Source: an uncultured Holophaga sp.
Lineage (GTDB): Bacteria > Acidobacteriota > Holophagae > Holophagales > Holophagaceae
Direction: 5' to 3'
DNA length: 64,000 nt
Assembly (NCBI GenBank): GCA_963664825.1
Contig: OY761614.1
Span: 960,001 to 1,024,000 of the forward strand
The notes under the pieces were generated by a model. The model saw only the letters and a program-made list of their open reading frames with translations, had not been told where the DNA came from and searched no databases. Shown here piece by piece: positions 49,821 through 61,711 of this stretch. Both the position numbers and the translations under genes were made by a program. Positions within the stretch are counted from its first letter, which is position 1, and each line of letters starts with the position of its first letter.

Positions 49821-51308
49821 CTACTTCTTGCGGGTTTTCCTGCCGGGCACCACGGCTCCCGCCCGATCCCGCGAGCTGGAAGGCCGCCGGGAGGGCTTCA
49901 GTCCCTCACCCACGTCCATGATCCTGCGGACCTTGGCCCCTTCCTGAGGCGCCTCATCCCCCTGCTGTTTCTTCTGGATGCTCAGGCGGATGGGCGTGCC
50001 CACGAAGCCGAAGGCCCCGCGAAGACGATTCTCGAGGTAGCGCATATAGCTGAAGTGCAGACCCCGATCGGTATTGGCCTTGATGACGAAGGAGGGCGGG
50101 CGCACGCCCACCTGGACCATGAAATAGAGTTTGGGGAGTTTGCCATCCACCGCGTGAGGCGACATCGCCTCCACCGCATCGCGCAGGAACAGGTTCAGTT
50201 TCCCCGTGGAAATACGCCGGGCATGGGCCTCGGCACATTCATGGATGAGCGTGAAGAGTTTGGACACCCGCTGTCCGGTCAGGGCGGAGATGAAGAGCAT
50301 CGGCGCGTGCTGAAGGAACCCCAGGTCGTAGCGGATCTTTTCTTCGAAGGCGATGGAGGTGTAGGTGTCCTTGGGGACCAGATCCCACTTGTTGATCACC
50401 AGAATCACCGCCGCGCCGGCCTCCTGGGCGTAGCCCGCGATGACCGCGTCCTGGTGGGTGACGCCCTCCACGGCGTCGATGAGCAGGAGCGAGACATCCG
50501 CCCTGGCCATGGCCTGCTTGGCCTTCAGGATCGACAGGATCTCGGCCCCTTCGGTGGTCTTGCCCTTGCGGCGAATGCCCGCGGTATCGATCAGGCGATA
50601 GAGATGCTCGTCCACATTGAAGACCGTATCCACGGTATCGCGGGTGGTACCGGCCACCTCGCTCACCAGGCTGCGTTCATATCCCAGCAGCTTATTGGTG
50701 AGAGACGACTTGCCCACATTGGGCCTCCCGATGATGGCGAAGCGCAGCTCATCTCCCGGATCATGGCGCTCGGCTTCCTCCGGCGTCAGGTGATAGGGCA
50801 ACTTCGCCCGAACGGAGGCTAGCAGTTCAGGAACGCCCGAACCATGGCTGGCGCTGATGATATGGACTTCGTCGAAACCCAGCTCGTAGAAGGCCCCATC
50901 CGGGGACCCGCTCTTCACCCCATCGATCTTGTTGACCACCAGGACCGAGGGCTTGCCCGCCTGGCGGATGCGGAGGGCGATTTCGGCGTCTCCGGGGTTC
51001 CAGCCATCATGGGCATCCACCATCATCACAAGCACGTGAGCCTCGGTCATGGCCGCCTGGGCCATGCGGGTGATGCCCGCGGTGATGACATCGTCACCCT
51101 CGAAGTCCAGGCCACCGGTATCCATCAGCTCGAAGACTTCCTCCACCTCACCCTCTTCACTGAGGCAGTTGACCTGGGAATAGGAGCGATCCCGCGTCAT
51201 GCCCGGAAGATCATGCACCAGCGCCGTGCGCGTGCGCGTGAGGCGGTTGAAGAGCGTGGACTTCCCCACGTTGGGGCGACCACAGAGAGCGACGAGGGGG
51301 AGTTTCAT
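49821..51308 (-). CDS. der: Ribosome biogenesis GTPase Der/EngA
   Basis: Two GRPNVGKS P-loops, DTGG/DTAG, NKID/NKWD and a KH-like C-terminus. Confidence 0.97.
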   Translation of the reverse strand: MKLPLVALCGRPNVGKSTLFNRLTRTRTALVHDLPGMTRDRSYSQVNCLSEEGEVEEVFELMDTGGLDFEGDDVITAGITRMAQAAMTEAHVLVMMVDAHDGWNPGDAEIALRIRQAGKPSVLVVNKIDGVKSGSPDGAFYELGFDEVHIISASHGSGVPELLASVRAKLPYHLTPEEAERHDPGDELRFAIIGRPNVGKSSLTNKLLGYERSLVSEVAGTTRDTVDTVFNVDEHLYRLIDTAGIRRKGKTTEGAEILSILKAKQAMARADVSLLLIDAVEGVTHQDAVIAGYAQEAGAAVILVINKWDLVPKDTYTSIAFEEKIRYDLGFLQHAPMLFISALTGQRVSKLFTLIHECAEAHARRISTGKLNLFLRDAVEAMSPHAVDGKLPKLYFMVQVGVRPPSFVIKANTDRGLHFSYMRYLENRLRGAFGFVGTPIRLSIQKKQQGDEAPQEGAKVRRIMDVGEGLKPSRRPSSSRDRAGAVVPGRKTRKK

Positions 51309-51503
51309 GGGAGCCGATCGGAAGGCAGAGTTGCCTGGTAATTCAATGGTATGTCAGAAGGATGGGAAGAACTTGGAATCAATCCCATCGGGCGCAGGCT
51401 CACCCTGGTCCAGGGAGTCGACCTTGCCATGGCGAATAGGGCTGCACTCGAGAGAAGGTCCTGGGCCACCAACGCGTGAGTTCGGGTCTGGAACTTCCTA
51501 GCA

Positions 51504-51529
51504 AAAAGCCCCCCATGCGGGGGGCTTTT
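51504..51529 (-). terminator. Terminator after the tRNA pair (bidirectional form)
   Basis: AAAAGCCCCCC-ATGC-GGGGGGCTTTT. Confidence 0.8.
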
Positions 51530-51531
51530 GT

Positions 51532-51608
51532 TGGCGGGGCTGACGGGACTCGAACCCGCGACTTCCAGCGTGACAGGCTGGCACTCTAACCGACTGAGCT
51601 ACAACCCC
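51532..51608 (-). tRNA. tRNA-Asp(GTC)
   Basis: Reverse complement GGGGTTGTAGCTCAGTCGGTTAGAGTGCCAGCCTGTCACGCTGGAAGTCGCGGGTTCGAGTCCCGTCAGCCCCGCCA. Confidence 0.96.
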
Positions 51609-51634
51609 ATGTTTTCAAACTACCAGAACGAGTC

Positions 51635-51710
51635 TGGTGGGCGATGACGGACTCGAACCGCCGACATCCTCCGTGTAAAGGAGGCGCTCTACCGACTGAG
51701 CTAATCGCCC
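51635..51710 (-). tRNA. tRNA-Val(TAC)
   Basis: Reverse complement GGGCGATTAGCTCAGTCGGTAGAGCGCCTCCTTTACACGGAGGATGTCGGCGGTTCGAGTCCGTCATCGCCCACCA. Confidence 0.96.
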
Positions 51711-51881
51711 GTCTCGCCGAACCGAAATCCTCCCATGCCCCAGGGGCAGAGTCAACTCAAAAAGCATCCTTTCAGGCTGGGGGACCTAGCGGTAAGATGG
51801 CGCGAGCCTCGTCCTTGGGGCCGATACAACCCGCAAACCGCAAGGTTCCGACCTGTCGGAATGGGAACTGGGGGGGAGACT

Positions 51882-52394
51882 GTGACTCCAATCGCTTTGG
51901 AAGGTCTGACCGGGATGGGCCTCCTGACCGAGGGGGCATCCCCAAGTTTCATGGACGCCCTGCCGGACCCCATGAAGCTGGACCCTTACCAGATCGGCTT
52001 CGTCATCGTGCTATTGACGCTGCTCTACCTCTTCCTGAAATTTGCCTTCTTCAAGCCTGTCACCCGGGTGATGGACGAGCGCGAAGCGGCTATCGCCGCA
52101 GGTGGCGCCGCCAAGGCGGAGGCCTCCTCCAAGGTGGAACAGCGCCAGGCCGATTACGCCACGCGCCTGCGGGAACTCCGCGCCCAGGCCTTTGAACATC
52201 GCAAGGCTCTCGCCGCGGCCGCCGCCCAGGAGAAGCTATCCCTTCTGGAGAAGGCTCGGCAAGATTCTATCGAGACCCGGAACGCCGCCCTCCTGGATCT
52301 GAAGGCCCAAGGGGAAACCGCCAAGGCCGAGCTCGTGGCCCAGGTGGATGCCCTCTCCGAATCCATGGTCCAGCACCTTCTGAAGCAGGCTTGA
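51882..52394 (+). CDS. ATP synthase F0 subunit b'
   Basis: TM helix, FFKPVTRVMDERE and a coiled coil. First gene of the atp operon. The start is uncertain. Confidence 0.85.
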   Translation: MTPIALEGLTGMGLLTEGASPSFMDALPDPMKLDPYQIGFVIVLLTLLYLFLKFAFFKPVTRVMDEREAAIAAGGAAKAEASSKVEQRQADYATRLRELRAQAFEHRKALAAAAAQEKLSLLEKARQDSIETRNAALLDLKAQGETAKAELVAQVDALSESMVQHLLKQA

Positions 52395-52397
52395 TCC

Positions 52398-53117
52398 ATG
52401 ACGCGCCGCCGCAATCTTCCCTTCGTCTGCATGATCCTGGCCTGCGCCCTGTGGCTGGGCACCCCCGCCCTGAAGGCCCAGGAACACGCTCCCGCCGCGC
52501 AGGAGGCCACTGCTCACGAGGCGGTGGGTCAGCCCTCTGCCGCACCGTCCGCCCATGAGGCCACCTCCCACGAAGCTGCGGGACACGAGGCTGCGGCCCA
52601 TCACGGGCCCGAGATCAAACTCTTCGGCAGGAGTCTGGGCCCCTTCAGTCAGTTTCTGGTCAAGCTCTTCAACTTCGCCATCTTCTTCTTTGGACTCTTC
52701 TTCCTCCTGAAGGGTGCACTGGGATCGGCCTTCAAGGCCCGGACCCAGGAGCTGAAGGAACAGTTGAGCCAAGCCGAGCGGGACCAGGCCCAGGGCCAGG
52801 CCCAGATCCAGGAACTGGAGACCAAGATGGCCGGGCTCCAGCAGGAACTGGACGGCATCATGGTGAAGGCCGAGGAAGAGGCCGAACTCGAAAAGCAGCG
52901 GATCCTCGAAGCCGCCCGGCAGGAGGCCGACCAGATCCGGACCCAGACTCGTCAGGAGATCGAATACCAGAAGCGATTGGTGGAGCAGGAGCTGCGGGCC
53001 CTGGTGGCCGAACTGGCCGTTCAGGGCGCCACGGAGCGTCTGAAGATCCGCGTCCAGGGGGCGACCGCCGAGCAGGTTCTGGATCGTTCCATCGCGCAGG
53101 TCGGAGGTGCCGAATGA
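52398..53117 (+). CDS. atpF: ATP synthase F0 subunit b
   Basis: Signal-like N-terminus, His/Ala-rich linker, KLFNFAIF TM helix and a coiled coil. Confidence 0.88.
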   Translation: MTRRRNLPFVCMILACALWLGTPALKAQEHAPAAQEATAHEAVGQPSAAPSAHEATSHEAAGHEAAAHHGPEIKLFGRSLGPFSQFLVKLFNFAIFFFGLFFLLKGALGSAFKARTQELKEQLSQAERDQAQGQAQIQELETKMAGLQQELDGIMVKAEEEAELEKQRILEAARQEADQIRTQTRQEIEYQKRLVEQELRALVAELAVQGATERLKIRVQGATAEQVLDRSIAQVGGAE

Positions 53118-53161
53118 GCATGCAGCAGGATGCGAAGTGCCACACAGGATGTGCCGAATGA
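53114..53161 (+). other. 15-codon mini-ORF (MSMQQDAKCHTGCAE*) bridging atpF and atpH
   Basis: ATGA overlaps at both ends. GTGCCGAATGAGCA is repeated at 53107 and 53151. Confidence 0.5.
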
Positions 53162-53703
53162 GCAGCAACCGCCTCATCGCTCGTCGCTATGCCAAGGCCA
53201 TGCTCGAAATCGGCATAAAACAGGGCACCCTCCAATCCATCCAGAAGGAACTGGCCGCCGTCGACACCCTGGTGCGGGGCAACGCCGATCTGGAACGTCT
53301 CGTGACCGCTCCCCTAGTGGGCCCCACCAAGAAGGCCGCTACCTTCGATGAGATCCTCTCAAAGGCCGGTGTCACCGGGGGGATCCGCAAGTTCTTCATG
53401 GTGGTGGCCCAGGCCGCGCGGCTCAATCTGATCCACGAGATCATCGAAGCCTTCGACGAGCTGTTGGATGAGCACATGGGCGTGGTGAACGCCAGCGTGG
53501 CAAGTGCCCAAGCCTTGAGTCCCACTCAATCCAAAGCCCTGGAAACCTCGCTCGCCTCGCGCACAGGCAAGACCATCCGCCTGCGATGGAACCAAGACGC
53601 GACACTCCTCGGCGGCCTCAGGGTCCAGGTGGGTTCTACCGTCTACGATGCCTCGCTCCTGGGTCAACTCCGCCAGCTCAAGACCCGTCTCCTTTCAGCC
53701 TAA
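53158..53703 (+). CDS. atpH: ATP synthase F1 subunit delta
   Basis: IARRYAKAM and LLGGLRVQVGSTVYDASL. Confidence 0.93.
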   Translation: MSSNRLIARRYAKAMLEIGIKQGTLQSIQKELAAVDTLVRGNADLERLVTAPLVGPTKKAATFDEILSKAGVTGGIRKFFMVVAQAARLNLIHEIIEAFDELLDEHMGVVNASVASAQALSPTQSKALETSLASRTGKTIRLRWNQDATLLGGLRVQVGSTVYDASLLGQLRQLKTRLLSA

Positions 53704-55305
<1,602 letters not shown>

Positions 55306-55308
55306 GCC

Positions 55309-56184
55309 ATGGCTTCGATCCAGGATATTCGCCGCCGCATCCGGTCGGTGAAGAACACCCAGCAGGTCACCAGGGCCATGAAGATGATTTCCGCTGCGAA
55401 ATTGCGGAAATCCCAGGACCGCCTTGTGGCCATGCGGCCTTATGCCACCAAGCTGCATGAGGTCGTCGGTCGTGTGGTGGCTCGCTTTGAGGAGGGTGTG
55501 CCGGTGCCGTCCTCCGCTCTGGCCCAGGCCTTTCTGGCGCCCAGGGAAGAACAGCACATTCGCGTGGTGGTCGTGGCCAGTGACAAAGGCCTCTGCGGCG
55601 GCTTCAACGCCAATCTCCTGAAGGCAGCCGACGCGTTTTTCCTCGAAAGAGGAGAGCTGGTGACCCACCTGGACGTCGTAGGCAGGCGCGCCACCGACTG
55701 GGCTCGCAAGCACGAGCACGCCGTTTCCGGGGAGTTCCTGCAGGTGGCCCTGCCCGGCCTCTTGCCGGTGGCTCGGGAGATCGCCGAGGGCGCCATCGGG
55801 CAGTACGCCCGGGGCGAGATCGATGCGCTCTACGTCGTGCACAACTACTTTCACTCCGCCATCAGCCAGGGACCGAGGGTCATCAAGATCTTCCCCATGG
55901 CCCTCGAGGCGGCCCCAGAAGGCAAGCCCGAGGTGAGCCATCTCCTGGAACCCGATCCCACGGGTGTGCTGGAGAGCCTGCTGCCCCGTTTCCTGGAGAC
56001 GGAGTTGTATCGTTCCCTGGTGGAGAGCTGCGCTTCCGAGCACGCGGCCCGCATGTCCTCCATGGACAAGGCCAGTTCCAACGCCCAGGAGATGATCGAC
56101 AAACTGACCCTCAATATGAACAAGGTCCGTCAGGCTGCCATCACCAACCAGATCATCGAAATCGTCTCCGGCGCGGCATCCTAG
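55309..56184 (+). CDS. atpG: ATP synthase F1 subunit gamma
   Basis: RRRIRSVKNTQQVTRAMKM, DKGLCGGFN, SEHAARM and RQAAIT. Confidence 0.97.
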   Translation: MASIQDIRRRIRSVKNTQQVTRAMKMISAAKLRKSQDRLVAMRPYATKLHEVVGRVVARFEEGVPVPSSALAQAFLAPREEQHIRVVVVASDKGLCGGFNANLLKAADAFFLERGELVTHLDVVGRRATDWARKHEHAVSGEFLQVALPGLLPVAREIAEGAIGQYARGEIDALYVVHNYFHSAISQGPRVIKIFPMALEAAPEGKPEVSHLLEPDPTGVLESLLPRFLETELYRSLVESCASEHAARMSSMDKASSNAQEMIDKLTLNMNKVRQAAITNQIIEIVSGAAS

Positions 56185-56218
56185 ATACCAGATTCATTCG
56201 CGGTTCCCATTTTTTTGA

Positions 56219-57652
<1,434 letters not shown>

Positions 57653-57655
57653 GCC

Positions 57656-58069
57656 ATGGACGGCCACCTGCAACTTGAAGTCGTGACGCCGGAGCGGAAG
57701 GTCTTCTCCGCAGAGGTGTCCGAACTCTCCTTTCCCACCGCCCACCGCGGCTACTACGGCATCCTGCCGGGCCACACGCCCATCATGACCCCCGTGGGAG
57801 ACGGGCTCATCACCTACATCCAGGAGGGCCAGAAGCATCTGCTGACGGTCTTCGGGGGATTTGCCGAAGTGGGCCCCGATCGCGTGACGGTCCTGGCCCG
57901 GGAGAGCGAGACGCCGGAGATGCTCGATGCCACGGCCCTGGAGAGCGCCCGTCAGGATGCCCTCCTGCGCCTGAAGGCGGCCCAGAATCCCGAGGAGATG
58001 GGCACTGCCCAGGCGGAACTGGACGCCGTCGCCATCCGCGTCCAGGCCCTCAGCCCTGCCGCCTCCTGA
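57656..58069 (+). CDS. atpC: ATP synthase F1 subunit epsilon
   Basis: LEVVTPE, GILPGHTP and GGFAEV. Confidence 0.95.
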   Translation: MDGHLQLEVVTPERKVFSAEVSELSFPTAHRGYYGILPGHTPIMTPVGDGLITYIQEGQKHLLTVFGGFAEVGPDRVTVLARESETPEMLDATALESARQDALLRLKAAQNPEEMGTAQAELDAVAIRVQALSPAAS

Positions 58070-58082
58070 ACCCAAACCAGCG

Positions 58083-58118
58083 CTAGAAGAGGGCCTCCCG
58101 CGGGAGGCCCTCTTCTAG
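58083..58118. terminator. Palindromic terminator between convergent genes
   Basis: CTAGAAGAGGGCCTCCC-GC-GGGAGGCCCTCTTCTAG. Confidence 0.75.
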
Positions 58119-58876
58119 AATGCGAAGACCGCGTCCTGCTCCAGAAGGCTCAGTCGGGGGTGGCCGAGGGCCTCGATCTGGGGCAGGATCACGGGCCGAT
58201 CGCCGGGCGTGAGATGGTAGACCGCCACCGGCACTTCACGCTTCAGCTTCTTCAGTTCCTCCCCGAGCCTGGCTGGCGTCAGGTGCTTGGAGGCCTCCGC
58301 CAGAGCCCCCTGCTCGTTGGGGAAACTGGCCTCGGTGATGAAGAGATCCAGGTGCTTGGCGCCATTGGCCGCCTGGTAGACGGCATCGGTATCGGCGGTA
58401 TCGGAGGTGAAGAGGAAGCCCGAGCGCGCGTCCTCCACCAGGAACCCAACGGTGGGCACCAGATGGTTCACGGGGATGGGCGTGATCTTTAGGCCCTCCA
58501 CCTCGTAGACGCGGCCGGCTTCGATTTCCGAATAGCGGATGATGGGCGCGTCTGGATGAGGAATGACGGAGAAGTCCGGCCAGATCTCGTCATTGAAGAG
58601 GTGGCGGCGAAGGGCGTCCAGGGTCTCGGGCAGCGCGTGGATCTCCACCGGCGCCCCCACGTGGCCAAAGATGTTCTTAGTGAAGAAAGGCAGCGTGCAG
58701 ATGTGATCCAGGTGGGAATGGCTGAGGAAGATATGGCGGATCGCCACCTGCTCGGAAATCCTCAACGCCTGGGTGAGACTCCCCGCATCCAAGGCCACCG
58801 TGCCGTTCACGAGGAAACCCGTGAGCCGATCCCCCTCAGCCTCGCCACCCGAACACCCTAGGACACGCAGGATCAT
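58115..58876 (-). CDS. MBL-fold metallohydrolase, class II cAMP phosphodiesterase-like
   Basis: VLGCSGG, LDAG, SHSHLDH, FNDEIWPDF, EASFPN and HLTP motifs. Confidence 0.85.
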   Translation of the reverse strand: MILRVLGCSGGEAEGDRLTGFLVNGTVALDAGSLTQALRISEQVAIRHIFLSHSHLDHICTLPFFTKNIFGHVGAPVEIHALPETLDALRRHLFNDEIWPDFSVIPHPDAPIIRYSEIEAGRVYEVEGLKITPIPVNHLVPTVGFLVEDARSGFLFTSDTADTDAVYQAANGAKHLDLFITEASFPNEQGALAEASKHLTPARLGEELKKLKREVPVAVYHLTPGDRPVILPQIEALGHPRLSLLEQDAVFAF

Positions 58877-58955
58877 GAAGCCTCGGAAGTTGCTGCCATC
58901 ATAGCCGCAAAAAGGGCGCCCCGCGGACGCCCATTTTTAGTAACGAAGAGTCTCG

Positions 58956-58988
58956 ACATGGTGGCTGGGCTTTGCCCGGTCACCATGT
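58956..58988. terminator. Long hairpin downstream of the outer-membrane protein gene
   Basis: ACATGGTGGCTGGGC-TTT-GCCCGGTCACCATGT. Confidence 0.45.
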
Positions 58989-59007
58989 GGGGGTCCCCCG
59001 GACAGCA

Positions 59008-59607
59008 TCAGAAGCGAATGCCGCCGTAGAGGGCGACCTGGTACTCGGGGGCCAGGGCCTTGCGTGTGTTTTCCGTAGGCGGAACGCCATCCACTGTCTT
59101 GTCGTCCTTCGAAGCGGCCATGGCCACCTCCAGGCGGAAGAAGGGGCTCACGACAGGCGTTGGGACCGAGAATCCGATGCCAGCCTTCACCCAGGGCCGC
59201 GTGACGGTGTTGCTCGCCTTGCTGCCACTTATATCCGAGGTGTACTTCTCGCGGCGAAGATCCACGCCCGCATAAAGATTCGCCAGGAACTTCCACTCCA
59301 CCTGGGCGCCGATGGCGATGTATTCCGTGCCCAACTTGCCTTTCGTGCCATTGAGGACCAGATCGCCCTCGGCCTTGGGATGATAGGTGGCCGTGAGCCC
59401 GAGTTCGGCCACTTTCAGGTCCAGGAGGCTGAAGCCCGCGCGAATGCCGTAGCCCGTGGGACTCACGGAATCGTACTTGCCGGTTCCCGCAGTGACCGTC
59501 TGGGCCTTGCCGAACTGCTTGTCCAGGAGGATGCCCACTTCAGTGGCCTGGGCAGGGATGGTCGCCAGGACAGCGGAAACCAGGGCGATACGAGCCAAGG
59601 TCTTCAT
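59008..59607 (-). CDS. Outer-membrane beta-barrel protein
   Basis: Signal peptide MKTLARIALVSAVLATIPAQA and C-terminal YGGIRF. Confidence 0.75.
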   Translation of the reverse strand: MKTLARIALVSAVLATIPAQATEVGILLDKQFGKAQTVTAGTGKYDSVSPTGYGIRAGFSLLDLKVAELGLTATYHPKAEGDLVLNGTKGKLGTEYIAIGAQVEWKFLANLYAGVDLRREKYTSDISGSKASNTVTRPWVKAGIGFSVPTPVVSPFFRLEVAMAASKDDKTVDGVPPTENTRKALAPEYQVALYGGIRF

Positions 59608-59760
59608 GGGAACTCCTTCGATGGATCGAACCTTTCTATGTTCGGCAGCATCGGCCTTCCAGTCAATGAAATCCTCGCCCAAACCCCGTGCCACCTCACA
59701 TTATCGAAGATTTCCACCTCTCGCCTCGCGCCTCGGCTCCGGCTGTTTTACTCTCGATCC

Positions 59761-60810
59761 ATGCGGTCCCATCTCCAATACCTCCTCCTGGACGGGTTCG
59801 ACCCCGAAACGGGGGAACTGACGTTGCGGGTGGAAGCCTTCGAAGAGGAGAGCCAAGCAGCCCAGGTGCTGCGCCTCAAACTCCACCTGGGACGCAACGT
59901 GGATCCCCTCCAGCCGCTGCGCCGCGAGCTTCAGACCCATGTGCAGATGCCCGTGCCCCCCCTGTGGGACAAGGGGCTCAAGATCATCGTCCGCGCCATT
60001 GAGGACGAACTGGCCAGCGATCTGGGCCGACAACCCCAGCGCTACGTCTGGGTCCGCACCCAGATCCTCCACCCCACCGACGAGCGCCGGGGGACCCTGA
60101 ACCATCCCGTGGCCCGACAGACGGAAATCCTCTGGGACTGGGCCCAGCGCTTCGACCAGGACGGGGATGCCATTCACGCCCTGGAAATCTACGAGCGGAT
60201 GCTTCTGCTTTCCCCCCAGCACCTGCCCGCCCTGGCCCGCCTGACCTCCCTGCTCCGCCAGCAGGGCATGATCGAAGAGATGCTCAGCGTGGCCGATCGC
60301 TGGCTCCAGGTCCGGCCCAGCGAACCGGAGGCCCTGCTGCGCCGGGGAGAGGCCCTCCTCCACCTGGAACGGCCGCGGGAGGCCCAGGAGGCCTTCACCT
60401 CGGTCCTCAAGCTGCACCCCGTCCATCCCCTCGCCCATCTGGGCGCCGCCCAGGCCAAGAGCTACTCGGGCGGCGATCCCCTCCCTCACCTGGATGCCGC
60501 CATGGAACTGGACAAGGAGGCCACCCTCTCCGTGCTCCGGGAGACCTTCGATTTCCGGGTGCTGGTGCCCATTTCCGGCGAGACCCTCTACCCCCTGGAC
60601 GAACTCGCCAGCGTCCTGGGCGTGAGTCCCGGAGAGGTGAGGGCCTTCATCCGGGAGCGGGGATTGCCCGCCACCGGGCCCGGAGGCACGGTGCGAGAGC
60701 CCGAGCTCTCCCGGTGGGTGACCCTCCAGAACCGCTACCAGCTTCTGCCCATGGGCCTCCACTGGATGGCCCCCACGCCCCGGCACATTCCCGAACTCCC
60801 CTTCCCCTGA
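59761..60810 (+). CDS. Tetratricopeptide-repeat protein with a possible C-terminal HTH
   Basis: TPR-like helices (ALEIYERMLLLSP, ALLRRGEALL) and C-terminal LDELASVLGVSPGEVRAFIRERGLPA. Confidence 0.7.
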   Translation: MRSHLQYLLLDGFDPETGELTLRVEAFEEESQAAQVLRLKLHLGRNVDPLQPLRRELQTHVQMPVPPLWDKGLKIIVRAIEDELASDLGRQPQRYVWVRTQILHPTDERRGTLNHPVARQTEILWDWAQRFDQDGDAIHALEIYERMLLLSPQHLPALARLTSLLRQQGMIEEMLSVADRWLQVRPSEPEALLRRGEALLHLERPREAQEAFTSVLKLHPVHPLAHLGAAQAKSYSGGDPLPHLDAAMELDKEATLSVLRETFDFRVLVPISGETLYPLDELASVLGVSPGEVRAFIRERGLPATGPGGTVREPELSRWVTLQNRYQLLPMGLHWMAPTPRHIPELPFP

Positions 60811-60817
60811 GGTGCCC

Positions 60818-61705
60818 ATGACCCCCATCCTCTCCACCCAGCTACCCTTCCCAATCTTCCGTCGCGGCAAGGTGCGGGATGTTTACGCCCTGGGGACCCA
60901 GCTCCTCATCGTGGCCACCGACCGCATCTCAGCCTTCGACTGCGTCATGGGCCAGGGCATTCCAGACAAGGGGCAGATCCTGACGCAGGTGGCCAATTTC
61001 TGGTTCCAGGCGACCTCGGATATCCTGCCGAACCATCTCCTGGCCACCCGGGTGGAGGATTATCCGGCCGAACTGCGCCCCTTCGCCGATCAGCTCCGAG
61101 GCCGCTCCATCCTCGTCCAGAGGACCCGGCCCCTGCCCATCGAATGCGTGGTGCGGGGCTATCTGGCCGGTTCCGGCCTGAAGGAATACGAGGCCCAGGG
61201 CACCGTGTGCGGCATCCAGCTGCCCCCCGGCCTGCGCATGGCCGATCGGCTGCCGGAACCCATCTTCACCCCCTCCACCAAGGAGGACGAAGGCCATGAC
61301 ATCAATATCGATTTCGCGCGCATGTGCGAGATCGTGGGCCCCGAACTCGGCACCCGGCTGCGGGATACCAGCCTGGCGCTCTACAGACGGGGCGTGGAAC
61401 TGGCCGCCCAGCGAGGCATCCTCCTCGCCGACACCAAGTTCGAATTCGGCCTCCTGGAGGACGGGCGCCTCCTGGTCATCGACGAGGTGCTGACGCCGGA
61501 TTCCAGCCGCTACTGGCTGGCCGATCAATGGGCCCCGGGCAGCAACCCGCCCAGCCTGGACAAACAGTTCCTCCGGGACTACCTGGAGACGCTGCAGGAC
61601 TGGGACAAGCAGGCCCCCGCTCCGGATCTGCCCCCGGAGATCATCGCAGGCATTCGCGCCCGCTACCTGGATCTCGCCAGCCGCTTCGGCGTGGCCTTGG
61701 ACTAG
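60818..61705 (+). CDS. purC: SAICAR synthase
   Basis: GKVRDVY, TDRISAFD, ECVVRGYLAGSG, DTKFEFG and DEVLTPDSSRYW motifs. Confidence 0.97.
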   Translation: MTPILSTQLPFPIFRRGKVRDVYALGTQLLIVATDRISAFDCVMGQGIPDKGQILTQVANFWFQATSDILPNHLLATRVEDYPAELRPFADQLRGRSILVQRTRPLPIECVVRGYLAGSGLKEYEAQGTVCGIQLPPGLRMADRLPEPIFTPSTKEDEGHDINIDFARMCEIVGPELGTRLRDTSLALYRRGVELAAQRGILLADTKFEFGLLEDGRLLVIDEVLTPDSSRYWLADQWAPGSNPPSLDKQFLRDYLETLQDWDKQAPAPDLPPEIIAGIRARYLDLASRFGVALD

Positions 61706-61711
61706 GCCGCC

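Noticed and set aside
51532..51710. tRNA-anchored genomic island
   Set aside because: There is no integrase and no duplicated tRNA 3' end, and the flanks are core genes (der, atp).
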